Below are positions 29,573 to 38,957 of a DNA stretch of 64,000 bases, in pieces. Location: positions 192-64,191 of the forward strand of contig CAYWRH010000006.1 of assembly GCA_964460435.1 (NCBI GenBank), given 5' to 3'. Each line of letters opens with the position of its first letter. Position 1 is the stretch's first letter. This DNA comes from an uncultured Desulfatiglans sp. Its GTDB lineage: Bacteria > Desulfobacterota > DSM-4660 > Desulfatiglandales > HGW-15. Below the pieces are notes generated by a model, which made no database searches, was not told the DNA's origin, and was given only the letters and a program-made list of their open reading frames with translations. A program made the position numbers and the translations under genes.

Positions 29573-30967
29573 TTAACTGGCCGCGCTGCGAGGCTTTTCT
29601 ATCCCCTGTTTTTTTATCTTCTCAACAAGCGTTGTCCGGTTCATGTTCAGTAATTTTGCGGCCCTGTTTTTGACCCAGTCGGCCTTTTCGAGCGCCCTTA
29701 TAATCAGGAGCTTTTCATAATCATTGATGGCATTATTGAGCGAGAACCCGTCATCGGGTATCATAGATGGGCCAACCTCTTCGGTCTTCTGTTTCTGAAG
29801 AAGCTTGTCAGGCAGATCATTTATGGTAAGCTCATCGGCATCTGTGAGGATCACCATCCTCTCTATTATATTCTCAAGCTCCCTGACATTTCCGGGCCAG
29901 TCATAATTCATAAAGGCCTTCATTACATCCTTTGATACACCCTTGATCTCCTTGCCCCTTGTCTTTACCATGATATCTACAAAATGCTTCACAAGTAGCG
30001 GTATGTCTGAGCGTCTATCCCTGAGGGGGGGAATCTCGATCGGAATGACCCTTAACCTGTAATAGAGATCCTCCCTGAACTGATTTTCAAGCACAAGCTT
30101 GTCAAGGTCCTTGTTTGTGGCTGCAATTACCCTGATATCACATTTAATTGTCTTGGTTCCGCCAAGTCTTTCAAACTCCTGCTCCTGTAATATTCGAAGC
30201 AGCTTTACCTGCAGATGCGGGCTCATTTCACCGATTTCATCAAGAAAGATGGTGCCGCCGTTTGACATCTCAAACCTGCCTATGCGTGTCCTTATGGCAT
30301 TTGTAAATGCCCCTTTTTCATGGCCAAACAGTTCACTCTCAAGCAGGTCTTCAGGGATCGCTCCGCAGTTCACAGGTATAAGGGGTTTGTCCCGTCGCAT
30401 GCTGTTATAATGAATGGCCTTTGCAACAAGCTCCTTACCTGTTCCGGATTCTCCCAGGATAAGCACTGTGCTGTCAGTGTCAGCAACCTTTTCTATAATT
30501 TTAAAGACCTTGTGCATCTCAGGGCTGTCGCCTATGAAGTTATCAAACCTGTATTTCTTTTTAAGCTGATTTTTAAGGGCTACATTTTCTCTCTTGATAT
30601 CCCTGAATTCAAGCGCCCTGTTAATGACCATTATCACCTCTTCCATCTTTACAGGTTTTGCAAGATAATCAAAGGCGCCTGCCTTCATGGCATCAACAGC
30701 AGTACGTATGGTGGCATAACCTGTCAGGATAATCCCTATTGTGTCAATGGAATGATCAACCAGGTATTTAAGCACCTCCATTCCATCTACCTTTGGCATA
30801 TTCAGGTCAATGAGGGCAACATCATAGAAATCCTCTTCTATCAGGTTAATGGCCTCTTCACCGTTCTGAGCAGTATCAACATCAAAATCTTCAAGGCTTA
30901 GTATGTCAGAAAAGGACTCTCTGATCTTTAATTCATCATCTACTACCAGTATTTTTGCTTTTGCCAT
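29573..30967 (-). CDS. sigma-54-dependent response regulator (REC-AAA+-Fis HTH; NtrC/FlrC class)
   Basis: 464 aa. Receiver domain (VVDDE...DLNMP), Walker A GESGTGKE, a GAFTNA loop, and a C-terminal HTH (AAKLLNMNRTTLVEKIKK). Confidence 0.9.
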   Translation of the reverse strand: MAKAKILVVDDELKIRESFSDILSLEDFDVDTAQNGEEAINLIEEDFYDVALIDLNMPKVDGMEVLKYLVDHSIDTIGIILTGYATIRTAVDAMKAGAFDYLAKPVKMEEVIMVINRALEFRDIKRENVALKNQLKKKYRFDNFIGDSPEMHKVFKIIEKVADTDSTVLILGESGTGKELVAKAIHYNSMRRDKPLIPVNCGAIPEDLLESELFGHEKGAFTNAIRTRIGRFEMSNGGTIFLDEIGEMSPHLQVKLLRILQEQEFERLGGTKTIKCDIRVIAATNKDLDKLVLENQFREDLYYRLRVIPIEIPPLRDRRSDIPLLVKHFVDIMVKTRGKEIKGVSKDVMKAFMNYDWPGNVRELENIIERMVILTDADELTINDLPDKLLQKQKTEEVGPSMIPDDGFSLNNAINDYEKLLIIRALEKADWVKNRAAKLLNMNRTTLVEKIKKQGIEKPRSAAS

Positions 30968-31295
30968 AGATTACTCTCCCTGTCAGGTGATACCATTTTG
31001 GATAATGCAACGCCAATATTTTGGCTATAGCCCTAACGACGTCAATATTCTAACTTCAAATTTTAAAATAGCAACCTTTTTTTTTAATTATTAAGAAAGA
31101 TATAACTGATTGAAAATAATATTGGCTATTTAAGATTAATATGAAAATAAGCTATATCATAAGTTGCATTTAAATATCATTATATTGTTATTTTTCTACC
31201 TGTAAATTTATTTAGCCATACAACGACAAATGAGAAGGTAAAAAATTCGTCAAGGAGTTGACAAAAAATCTATAACTGTACAAGAAAGAACTGTT

Positions 31296-32090
31296 ATGCT
31301 AAAAGCAAAAGTCAAAAAACTATCATTATCAGGATCAGTTAAAAACATCCGCCATATTTCACAGGGAGACACAGGGATGCAGATTCTAAGCGGCATAAGA
31401 TACAATCTGGCAGGTTTAAGGATGGGGCTCATGACGCCAAAGCTTCTTTTTCTGGGGTTACTGCGCTTTTTTATTGTTATCCTTGTGGCAATAGGCCTTG
31501 GCGCTATTATACTGATATACCATGCAGATATAATATCTGCCATATGGGCGAAACCGGAAAGCCTCTGGATGGTATGGATATGGTATCTCTTGTCGTGGCT
31601 CATTTCACTGATCCTTTTATTATTCTCATCAGTTACCGCCTACATCCTTTCACAGATACTTTTTTCCATTGTTATTATGGACCGAATGTCAAGGATAACA
31701 GAAAAAAGAAGCAAGGGGCATGTTACAGAACCAGGTAATCTATCCTATTTCAGCCAGCTAATGTATCTGATAAGGCAGGAGATCCCAAGGGCAATCATAC
31801 CTCTCTTTTTGCTCCTGATACTCTCGATTATCGGATGGTTTACACCATTAGGCCCTTTTATAACCATTTTTACATCCATCATTGCGGCGGCCTTTCTTGC
31901 ATGGGACAATACAGACCTTGTGCCTGCAAGGCGATGCCTGACATACAAGAGCAGATTCCGGTTTTTTATTGATAATTTTTCATTTCATATAGGCTTCGGG
32001 CTTTTGTTCCTGATACCCGTTATCAATATACTCTGCCTCTCTTTTGCTCCAGTAGGGGCCACCCTTTACTACCTTGATAAAAGTGAATAA
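31296..32090 (+). CDS. EI24/CysZ-like integral membrane protein
   Basis: Polytopic hydrophobic ORF. The more likely start is the ATG at 31377 (MQILSGIRYNLAG), preceded by GGGAGA. Confidence 0.45.
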   Translation: MLKAKVKKLSLSGSVKNIRHISQGDTGMQILSGIRYNLAGLRMGLMTPKLLFLGLLRFFIVILVAIGLGAIILIYHADIISAIWAKPESLWMVWIWYLLSWLISLILLLFSSVTAYILSQILFSIVIMDRMSRITEKRSKGHVTEPGNLSYFSQLMYLIRQEIPRAIIPLFLLLILSIIGWFTPLGPFITIFTSIIAAAFLAWDNTDLVPARRCLTYKSRFRFFIDNFSFHIGFGLLFLIPVINILCLSFAPVGATLYYLDKSE

Positions 32091-32104
32091 CTGATGAGAT
32101 TCAA

Positions 32105-34033
32105 ATGACCAGAAAATTTCCAAGCCTTTTTTCACCATTAAGAGTTGGAAGAGTAACCCTTAAAAACCGGATTATCTCTGCCCCCATGACCTTCCCCATA
32201 TTGACCTCAGACGGATGTCTTACCCCTGAGGCAGTTGCCTTTTATGAATTAAGGGCAAAGGGAGGGGCCGCAGTGGTCACTGTGAGTGAACTTATTGTCA
32301 AGCCTGAGGGCCGGTACTACCCTGTTCAGGTGATTACCCATGCCCCCAACGCAAAAGACAGCCTGGCAATGGCAGCTCGTGCCATAAAGCGGCATGGGGC
32401 CATACCCAGCATGGAATTATCACATGGCGGGAAATATTCTCTTACAGACGCAAAACATCCTGTAAGCTACGGGCCGAGTGATGAGTTCTCCGGCGATGTA
32501 AAGACTGTGCATGCAATGACCCATGATATGATAGAGGATATCATAGATGCATACGGAAGGGCCGCTCAAATGTGCAGGGATGCAGGCTTTGAAATGCTCC
32601 TCATACATGCAGGTCATGGCTGGCTCTTGCAGCAGTTTCTCTCGCCTGCCACAAATAAAAGAACAGACAATTACGGCGGGAATCTGACAAACAGGGCAAG
32701 GTTTACTATTGAAGTGATAGAGAGGGTTCGCTCTGTTGTTGGCAATGGCTTTCCCATTGAGCTGAGGATAAGTGCAGAGGAATACATGGCAGGCGGCTAC
32801 ACCTTTAAAGAAGCCATAGAATTTGCCAAAATGATAGAGGAGAGGGTTGATCTTATACAGGTCTCAACAGGAGCTCATACAGGGAGTTTTGAGAAAACAC
32901 ACCCATCTTCATTCATGGAGAGAGGTGTAAATGTGCATTATGCAGAAGAGATAAAAAGACATGTAAAGATCCCCGTCTCCACCATAGGGGCGTTAAATGA
33001 GCCCTCCATGCTTGAGGATATAATCTTAAAAGGCAGGGCTGATGCAGTAGTGATGGCAAGGGCGCTTCTTTCTGACCCATATCTGCCTAAAAAGGCATAC
33101 CTTGGAAAGGATGACGAGATAGTACGATGTTACAGGTGCTATACATGTATGGCAGAGAGGATGACAACAGGTTTACGCATATGTTCCCTTAACCCTGTTA
33201 TCGGAAGTGAATATGAATCAAATTTTATCAGAAACAGCGCCAGGCCCAAAAAAGTGCTGATAGCTGGAGGTGGTCCAGGAGGCATGCAGGCTGCGCTTAC
33301 AGCCTCTGAACGCGGCCATAATGTTATATTATGTGAAAAGAGCGATAAACTGGGCGGAGCGCTTAATGGTGTTAAAAGGGTGCCATTCAAGGATGACCTT
33401 TACAGGTTTATCTCAACAAAGAGGCTTCTCATGCTAAATGCGGGTGTTGATGTGAGAATGAACACAGAGGTCACACCGGAGTTCGCATCAAAAATCAGAC
33501 CTGATGTGCTTATTGTTGCTGTTGGCGCAGAACCAGTTATCCCGCGAATACCCGGTATTGACGGTGAAAATGTGATCATAGCAAATGATCTTCCAGATAA
33601 TTATCAAAAGGTTGGCAAAAAGGTCGCAGTACTGGGCGGCGGGCTGGTCGGGTGCGAGACTGCCCTTCACATGGCTATGGAAGACAGAGATGTAACAGTT
33701 ATAGAGATGATGGAGAGTTTATGTCCTGATGCAAACCAGCGCTACAGGCCATTGCTCATGGCACAGCTTGAAAAACATGTCAGATGCATAACAGGGATGA
33801 GCGGTGTGCAGATTACATCAAAAGGTATTTTATGCGCTGCCAAGAGAGGTGATAAAACCTTCCTTGAGGCTGATACCATAATATGCGCAGCAGGCCAGAG
33901 ACCCAGGAAAGATATGGTAGATCGTCTCAGGGACAGCGCCCCAGAAGTAATAGCAATAGGCGACTGCGTAAAGGCATCAAATGTGACACAGGCACTGTTT
34001 CAGGGATACTGGGCAGGGGCAGATATAGAGTAA
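32105..34033 (+). CDS. Old-Yellow-Enzyme-type NADH:flavin oxidoreductase fused to an FAD/NAD(P) oxidoreductase domain (2,4-dienoyl-CoA/enoate reductase family)
   Basis: 642 aa. OYE TIM-barrel N-terminal half, Fe-S motif CYRCYTC, then a Rossmann motif AGGGPGGMQAAL. Confidence 0.85.
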   Translation: MTRKFPSLFSPLRVGRVTLKNRIISAPMTFPILTSDGCLTPEAVAFYELRAKGGAAVVTVSELIVKPEGRYYPVQVITHAPNAKDSLAMAARAIKRHGAIPSMELSHGGKYSLTDAKHPVSYGPSDEFSGDVKTVHAMTHDMIEDIIDAYGRAAQMCRDAGFEMLLIHAGHGWLLQQFLSPATNKRTDNYGGNLTNRARFTIEVIERVRSVVGNGFPIELRISAEEYMAGGYTFKEAIEFAKMIEERVDLIQVSTGAHTGSFEKTHPSSFMERGVNVHYAEEIKRHVKIPVSTIGALNEPSMLEDIILKGRADAVVMARALLSDPYLPKKAYLGKDDEIVRCYRCYTCMAERMTTGLRICSLNPVIGSEYESNFIRNSARPKKVLIAGGGPGGMQAALTASERGHNVILCEKSDKLGGALNGVKRVPFKDDLYRFISTKRLLMLNAGVDVRMNTEVTPEFASKIRPDVLIVAVGAEPVIPRIPGIDGENVIIANDLPDNYQKVGKKVAVLGGGLVGCETALHMAMEDRDVTVIEMMESLCPDANQRYRPLLMAQLEKHVRCITGMSGVQITSKGILCAAKRGDKTFLEADTIICAAGQRPRKDMVDRLRDSAPEVIAIGDCVKASNVTQALFQGYWAGADIE

Positions 34034-34138
34034 AAAAAAGGACATTATAAAATATCGCCTGATACCCTATTAATTTCCTTACAGTATATGTAAATATTTT
34101 TAGACCTTGAACCTTAATCCCTGTGCTGTGTGTCTTTA

Positions 34139-34654
34139 TTATTTTTCTATCCCCTCTCTCGCCATTACGCCAGCATTATAATAATGCTTTACCTCTTTCA
34201 TCTCGGTTGCAAGATCAGATGCCTCTATTATACGCTGGTCAGCATTCCTTCCGGTTATGATCATCTCCATCTCTTCCGGTTTTTCAGCAATCAATTTGAG
34301 CAGATCATCAACAGTGATAAGCTTATAATGTGTGGCTATGTTTGCCTCATCAAGGATAAGCATCTGGTATTTACCCGAGAGCATGATCTCCCTGACCTCT
34401 TTCATCCCTGCCCTGGCAGCCCTGATATCCTCTTCGGTCGGGTCACCCTTGATAAAACATCCCCTGCCATACTGTTTTACTGTGATGTGTTTGGATAGGA
34501 CCTTTAAGGTCTCAAGCTCACTGTATTTCATACCTTTTACAAACTGGGCAATATAGACATTAAGCCCTGCGCCATATGCCCTCATGGCAAGACCGAGCGC
34601 TGCTGTTGTTTTACCCTTGCCATCACCTGTATAAACCTGAATGTAACCTTTCAT
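34139..34654 (-). CDS. cobO: cob(I)yrinic acid a,c-diamide adenosyltransferase
   Basis: 171 aa. YTGDGKGKTTAALGLAMRA P-loop typical of CobO/BtuR. Confidence 0.88.
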   Translation of the reverse strand: MKGYIQVYTGDGKGKTTAALGLAMRAYGAGLNVYIAQFVKGMKYSELETLKVLSKHITVKQYGRGCFIKGDPTEEDIRAARAGMKEVREIMLSGKYQMLILDEANIATHYKLITVDDLLKLIAEKPEEMEMIITGRNADQRIIEASDLATEMKEVKHYYNAGVMAREGIEK

Positions 34655-34683
34655 TCAATCCCCCGGCATGCGAAAATATACAT

Positions 34684-34704
34684 TTCAAATCTCAAATTTC
34701 AAAT
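34684..34704. repeat. AT-rich tandem heptamers (ttcaaat ctcaaat ttcaaat)
   Basis: Three consecutive 7-nt units in the cobU-cobO spacer. A near-identical array occurs at 40858-40878. Confidence 0.7.
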
Positions 34705-35244
34705 CTATTTCAGCACCAAAGGTAATCCTGCAAATGTAATGATCACCTTGTCAGCTGCTTCTGCTATTCTTCTGTTCATTGTGCCTGATGCATCACGGTA
34801 CATCCTTGCAAGTTTGTTTTCAGGGACTATGCCCATGCCCACCTCATTACTCACAAGTACAAGCCTCCCCTTTATATCAGATATCCCTTTAACAAACATC
34901 TCTATTTCTTGATGTACCATATCAACATCAGATTCATATTTCATATAGAGGTTACTGAGCCATAGGGTAAGGCAGTCAACAAGTATTATTGTTTTATCCT
35001 CATCCAATTCTTTGATCTTTTTTATTATGTCAATACTCTCTTCAACTGTAGTCCACTCGCCTCCCCGCTCCTCCTGATGACGTTTTATCCGGTATTCCAT
35101 TTCATCATCAAATGCCTGTGCAGTGGCAAGAAAATACCGTTTTCCCTTCATGCGATTGCATAAATCCAGGGCAAAGGTGCTCTTTCCGCTCCTGGCCCCG
35201 CCAAGGACAAGCATACATCCATTTTTAAATTCTGTTTTAAACAT
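34705..35244 (-). CDS. cobU: adenosylcobinamide kinase / adenosylcobinamide-phosphate guanylyltransferase
   Basis: P-loop VLGGARSGKSTFA. ATG at 35244 with AGAGGA 8 nt upstream; the ORF track starts further upstream at 35289. Confidence 0.88.
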   Translation of the reverse strand: MFKTEFKNGCMLVLGGARSGKSTFALDLCNRMKGKRYFLATAQAFDDEMEYRIKRHQEERGGEWTTVEESIDIIKKIKELDEDKTIILVDCLTLWLSNLYMKYESDVDMVHQEIEMFVKGISDIKGRLVLVSNEVGMGIVPENKLARMYRDASGTMNRRIAEAADKVIITFAGLPLVLK

Positions 35245-35245
35245 T

Positions 35246-35548
35246 TTATATCCTCTGTGTTTCAGGGTTATCCGGGCTATATTTATCAAGATGCCACTTT
35301 TTTGGATCGTTAACTATGTATTCCCTTGTCTCTGATAAATCAATCTCATTTCTGATTACATGTTCATAGTAGTTTCGCTGCCAGAGTTTATCATTATATG
35401 GTTTCCACCTGTTTTGTTTTACGCCAGTAATATATTTGTTGGTAGTTAATGATTTAAATCTATGTACTACATCTGACAAAGATAAAACACTATTCGTAGG
35501 GGCACCCCCCTGTGATTGCCTGTCTATTGTACGATCTAAAACCTCTGG
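35246..35548 (-). pseudogene. 5'-truncated RayT / IS200-like (Y1) transposase remnant
   Basis: The open frame encodes only a C-terminal part: ...GGAPTNSVLSLSDVVHRFKSLTTNKY...LWQRNYYEHVIRNEIDLSETREYIVNDPKKW. E. coli RayT has WQPRFWEHAIRN...YIYINPVKHG at the equivalent place. There is no room for the HUH N-terminal half between cobQ and cobU. Confidence 0.7.
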
Positions 35549-35573
35549 TCAGGCATAGGGGCCTGACCCTAAA

Positions 35574-37067
35574 TCATAACTTGAGCCCTGCTCCATTTAT
35601 AATTTTTTCCACATCACAATATTTCTCAAAATGGTCTGCAAGGCGATCATACTCCCTAAACCTTGCTGCCCTGCCCTTTCCAGCTCTTTTTTCCTTAATT
35701 CCTTTTTTCCTTCTTAATCTGTTTAAATGATCCCCCCTGAAACCCGGTGAATCAAGAATTCCATGCAGATAGGTACCTGCTATTTCTTTATCTTTTAGAT
35801 AGCAGCCATCCATAAACCACTCATGGCTTTTCTCTTCTCTCACTCTTAAAAATGGCGCTCCTCTGTTATCAAGTATTTTAGTCTGTCCCATATGAATCTC
35901 ATACCCGGTTACAGACTTGTTATTCTTCAGACACCTTCCTGTAACCTTTCTAACAATCTTATCTGCCTCAAGGTAAGTTACAACAGGAAGAAGGTTTAAC
36001 CCTGATATCTCCCTACGGCTCGATTCAACACCATAGGGATCATATATCCTCCTGCCTAGGATCTGATAACCACCACAGATGCCTAAAACAGCCTTTCCAC
36101 CATTTGCAAATTCTCTTACCCTCTTTTTCCAGCCAGTTCTAGCAAGCCATGCCATATCCTCCATAACATTTTTTGTCCCAGGTATTATCAGGCAGTCATA
36201 ATCATCTGTAAGGTCATTTTTATTCGAGAGATAGTTTACAACAACATCCTTCTCCATATTCAGTATCTCAAGGTCTGTAAAGTTTGAAATCGCAGGCAGC
36301 CTTATTACCGCAATATTGATTGCCTTTTCGCTCACGACTCTCACTGGCAGCCTGTCATGCTGGACAGCAACAGAATCCTCGGAATCAATCTGTATGTCAT
36401 GAAAGTATGGAACAAGTCCAAGCACAGGTTTACCGCTCCTTTTTTCTATATATTTTATACCATCATGAAAAAGGGCTGGATCACCCCGGAACTTATTGAT
36501 GATAAACCCGATGACCATCTTTTTTTCTTTAGCAGTCATCAGGTCATATGACCCTATCAACTGCGCAAATACACCACCACGGTCTATATCAGCCACAAGG
36601 ATACAGGCTGCCCCTGCCCTCTCTGCCATAGAGAGATTCACCAGATCATTCTTTTTAAGATTCATCTCACAGCAGCTTCCTGCACCTTCCATGACAACTA
36701 TATCATATTTATCTGCAAGTATATTGTATGACTCAATAACGCTCTTTTTGAGGATTGGTTTGTAATCATGGTATTTTGCAGCATCCATCTGGCTAAATAC
36801 CTTACCCTGAAGAACAATCTGTGCCCCGAGTTCGGTAGATGGCTTCAGGAGGACTGGATTCATATGCACAGATGGAACAAGCCCTGCCGCCTCTGCCTGA
36901 ACAACCTGTGCCCGCCCGATCTCACCGCCTTCAAGAGTGACATACGAATTATTGGACATGTTCTGGGCCTTGAATGGCGCAACATTATAACCGCGCCGTT
37001 TTAATATACGGCAGAAGGCGGCTGTTGTTATGGATTTACCAACATCACTTCCAGTACCTAAAAACAT
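35574..37067 (-). CDS. cobQ: cobyric acid synthase
   Basis: MFLGTGSDVGKSITTAAFCRIL N-terminus plus a C-terminal glutamine amidotransferase domain (GICGGYQIL). The ATG at 37067 is preferred over the ORF start at 37127. Confidence 0.9.
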   Translation of the reverse strand: MFLGTGSDVGKSITTAAFCRILKRRGYNVAPFKAQNMSNNSYVTLEGGEIGRAQVVQAEAAGLVPSVHMNPVLLKPSTELGAQIVLQGKVFSQMDAAKYHDYKPILKKSVIESYNILADKYDIVVMEGAGSCCEMNLKKNDLVNLSMAERAGAACILVADIDRGGVFAQLIGSYDLMTAKEKKMVIGFIINKFRGDPALFHDGIKYIEKRSGKPVLGLVPYFHDIQIDSEDSVAVQHDRLPVRVVSEKAINIAVIRLPAISNFTDLEILNMEKDVVVNYLSNKNDLTDDYDCLIIPGTKNVMEDMAWLARTGWKKRVREFANGGKAVLGICGGYQILGRRIYDPYGVESSRREISGLNLLPVVTYLEADKIVRKVTGRCLKNNKSVTGYEIHMGQTKILDNRGAPFLRVREEKSHEWFMDGCYLKDKEIAGTYLHGILDSPGFRGDHLNRLRRKKGIKEKRAGKGRAARFREYDRLADHFEKYCDVEKIINGAGLKL

Positions 37068-37123
37068 TATCGATTTAGGCAAATTTTTTCTCCAGTTATA
37101 ATTATTCAATATTTTCAGCAGGC

Positions 37124-37185
37124 ACAAGGCTCAAGGCACAGGGCGCAGGGAAAGGCTTTTACCTTGCGCCTTGCGCCTTGAGCCA
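37124..37185. repeat. GC-rich heptamer-built palindromic (REP-like) element, copy A
   Basis: Left arm cacaagg ctcaagg cacaggg cgcaggg, core aaaggcttttac, then complementary heptamers cttgcgc cttgcgc cttgagc. It folds into a stem of about 23 bp and lies 5 nt downstream of the tonB stop. Confidence 0.8.
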
Positions 37186-37189
37186 TTCT

Positions 37190-37849
37190 TTACCTTATTT
37201 CAAACCTCACCGGCACCTCTACCCACATATCAACAGGTTTATCACCCTGTTTTCCCGGTTCAAACAGCCACTCCTTTACCGCCTCAAGGGCTGCATTATC
37301 AAGGATATTATATCCGCTTGATTCAAAGACCCATAAATTGTCCACCCTGCCCTCTCTGTTTACGAGGACACTCAGGATCACTGTGCCCTGATATCCCCTT
37401 TTCCTGGCCATTTTGGGATATGATGGCTCAGGATTAACCCTATATAAAGGTTCAGCCTCTGTGATGATCTCAGGTACTTTTTCTTCGGTTACTGAACCTC
37501 TATTTTCTGCTATCTCATTATCAGAAGAGGCATCATTAATAATATCTTTTTCAATACCAGCGCCCTGTTCTGCAGTGGTTACAGATTCATCAACTTTTTC
37601 TTCGACCTTGGCCGGACCAGGTGCCTTATTTATCTTTTCAGGTCTTACAACCTCCTTTTTGCTGATCTCTTGTACAATCTTTTTTGCAGGGGGAGGAGGG
37701 GCAGGCGGTTTTTTATATGACATGGTTACGGTAATAGCTGGAGGTCTCTTAATAAACGATCTTTTGCCCTTTAACCAGTCAGGGTTACATGTAAATATAA
37801 CGGCATGAAAGGTGACGGCAATAAAAGCCGCCGCCAGAATTCTCTGCAT
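37190..37849 (-). CDS. tonB: energy transducer TonB
   Basis: 219 aa. N-terminal anchor, Pro/Lys-rich spacer (KKPPAPPPPAKK) and TonB C-terminal domain (YPKMARKRGYQGTVILSVLV...LDNAALEAVKEW). Confidence 0.88.
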   Translation of the reverse strand: MQRILAAAFIAVTFHAVIFTCNPDWLKGKRSFIKRPPAITVTMSYKKPPAPPPPAKKIVQEISKKEVVRPEKINKAPGPAKVEEKVDESVTTAEQGAGIEKDIINDASSDNEIAENRGSVTEEKVPEIITEAEPLYRVNPEPSYPKMARKRGYQGTVILSVLVNREGRVDNLWVFESSGYNILDNAALEAVKEWLFEPGKQGDKPVDMWVEVPVRFEIR

Positions 37850-38257
37850 CTACTTTTCTACCTCTGCCTGAAGGGATATCCTTGTAAGTCCGGCCTTTTT
37901 TATCTTATCAAGGACATTGAAAAGTTCCTGGTAAGGGATATTTCTGTCAGCAAAAAGGAGCACGCCAGGGTCCTTTTTATCATGGGTAATCATGAAAAGT
38001 GTATCAGTGAGCTTATCCAGGCTGACCAACTGTTTGTCCACATATACAAGCCCCTTGTCATCAATGGAGACAGAGAGGATCAACTGCTTTTCAGGCTCTG
38101 CCATTTCGGATCTGGGAAGGTCAAGTTTAAGGCCTCGGTGAACAGCCATTGAAAGCATTGTATAGATAAAAACAACAAGCAGCAGAAAGACCATATCCAT
38201 AAGTGGCAACATCTCAACCCGGCTTTTCCTGTGGGTGGTAGGCAGTTTTACCTTCAT
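37850..38257 (-). CDS. exbD: biopolymer transport protein ExbD
   Basis: 135 aa. Single TM (MLPLMDMVFLLLVVF). Lies between exbB and tonB. Confidence 0.88.
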   Translation of the reverse strand: MKVKLPTTHRKSRVEMLPLMDMVFLLLVVFIYTMLSMAVHRGLKLDLPRSEMAEPEKQLILSVSIDDKGLVYVDKQLVSLDKLTDTLFMITHDKKDPGVLLFADRNIPYQELFNVLDKIKKAGLTRISLQAEVEK

Positions 38258-38883
38258 TTCGACTGCTCCTTTTTATTATCCGAAACTACTAAGCGCTCAT
38301 AGACAATCTCAAAACTCGTGGCATATTTTTCTATTGTCTTTGCCGCCCTGTCTATAAGTGAATTGTAATAATTGTAGGGGAAGACAGTTGCTATGGATAT
38401 TATAAGACCCGCTGCTGTTGTAATGAGCGCCTCTGCAATACCGCCGGTAACTGCCTGGGGATTTTCAACGCCAAAAGTATCAAGCATGCTGAATGATTCT
38501 ATAATCCCAAGAACAGTGCCAAGTATGCCAAGAAGGGGGGCTACGGTTATCATAGTGTCAAGCACACCCATAAATCTCCCCATCCTGTCCATCTCATCGG
38601 CAGCCGCTGATTCCATGGCCTTGCTTAAGGAATATTCCCTGTGAAGTATCCCGCTTATAAGAACCCTGATCACATAATTTTTTGACCCTGCTGCCTTGAC
38701 CCTGATATTTTCCCAGTCTCCCTTTCTGCATGATTCAAGCACCTCATCAAGAAGTTTCTGGTTCCTGCGCATGCCCACACCTATCCAGAATATTGCCCTT
38801 TCAATAATCACAGTCAGCGAAATTATGGAACATAACAACAGCGGGTACATGATCGGTCCGCCTTTTATAAAGAAATTAAGCAT
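38254..38883 (-). CDS. exbB: MotA/TolQ/ExbB proton-channel protein
   Basis: 209 aa. The conserved LGILGTVLGII...GIAEALITTAAGL segment is present. Confidence 0.88.
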   Translation of the reverse strand: MLNFFIKGGPIMYPLLLCSIISLTVIIERAIFWIGVGMRRNQKLLDEVLESCRKGDWENIRVKAAGSKNYVIRVLISGILHREYSLSKAMESAAADEMDRMGRFMGVLDTMITVAPLLGILGTVLGIIESFSMLDTFGVENPQAVTGGIAEALITTAAGLIISIATVFPYNYYNSLIDRAAKTIEKYATSFEIVYERLVVSDNKKEQSK

Positions 38884-38957
38884 AAGAAATTCCTTTCACA
38901 GCCTAAATAATTTTAACAGTTATCAAGCCTTTAATAGTTTATATATCAATTTAACCA

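Noticed and set aside
30320-30901. 193-aa plus-strand ORF
   Set aside because: It is antisense to the sigma-54 response-regulator gene and is a shadow ORF. The other listed antisense ORFs (for example 13122-13586, 39114-39611, 21098-21517, 22718-23098) are rejected for the same reason.
30980-31010. Sigma-54-like GG-N10-GC (TGGATAATGCAACGC) upstream of the response regulator / membrane-protein genes
   Set aside because: The -12 element is poor (AACGC rather than TTGC), and it lies about 300 nt from the plus-strand gene it would face. It cannot be distinguished from chance.
31250-31603. 117-aa minus-strand ORF overlapping the start of the membrane-protein gene
   Set aside because: It overlaps a better-supported plus-strand hydrophobic CDS and has no motif or RBS.
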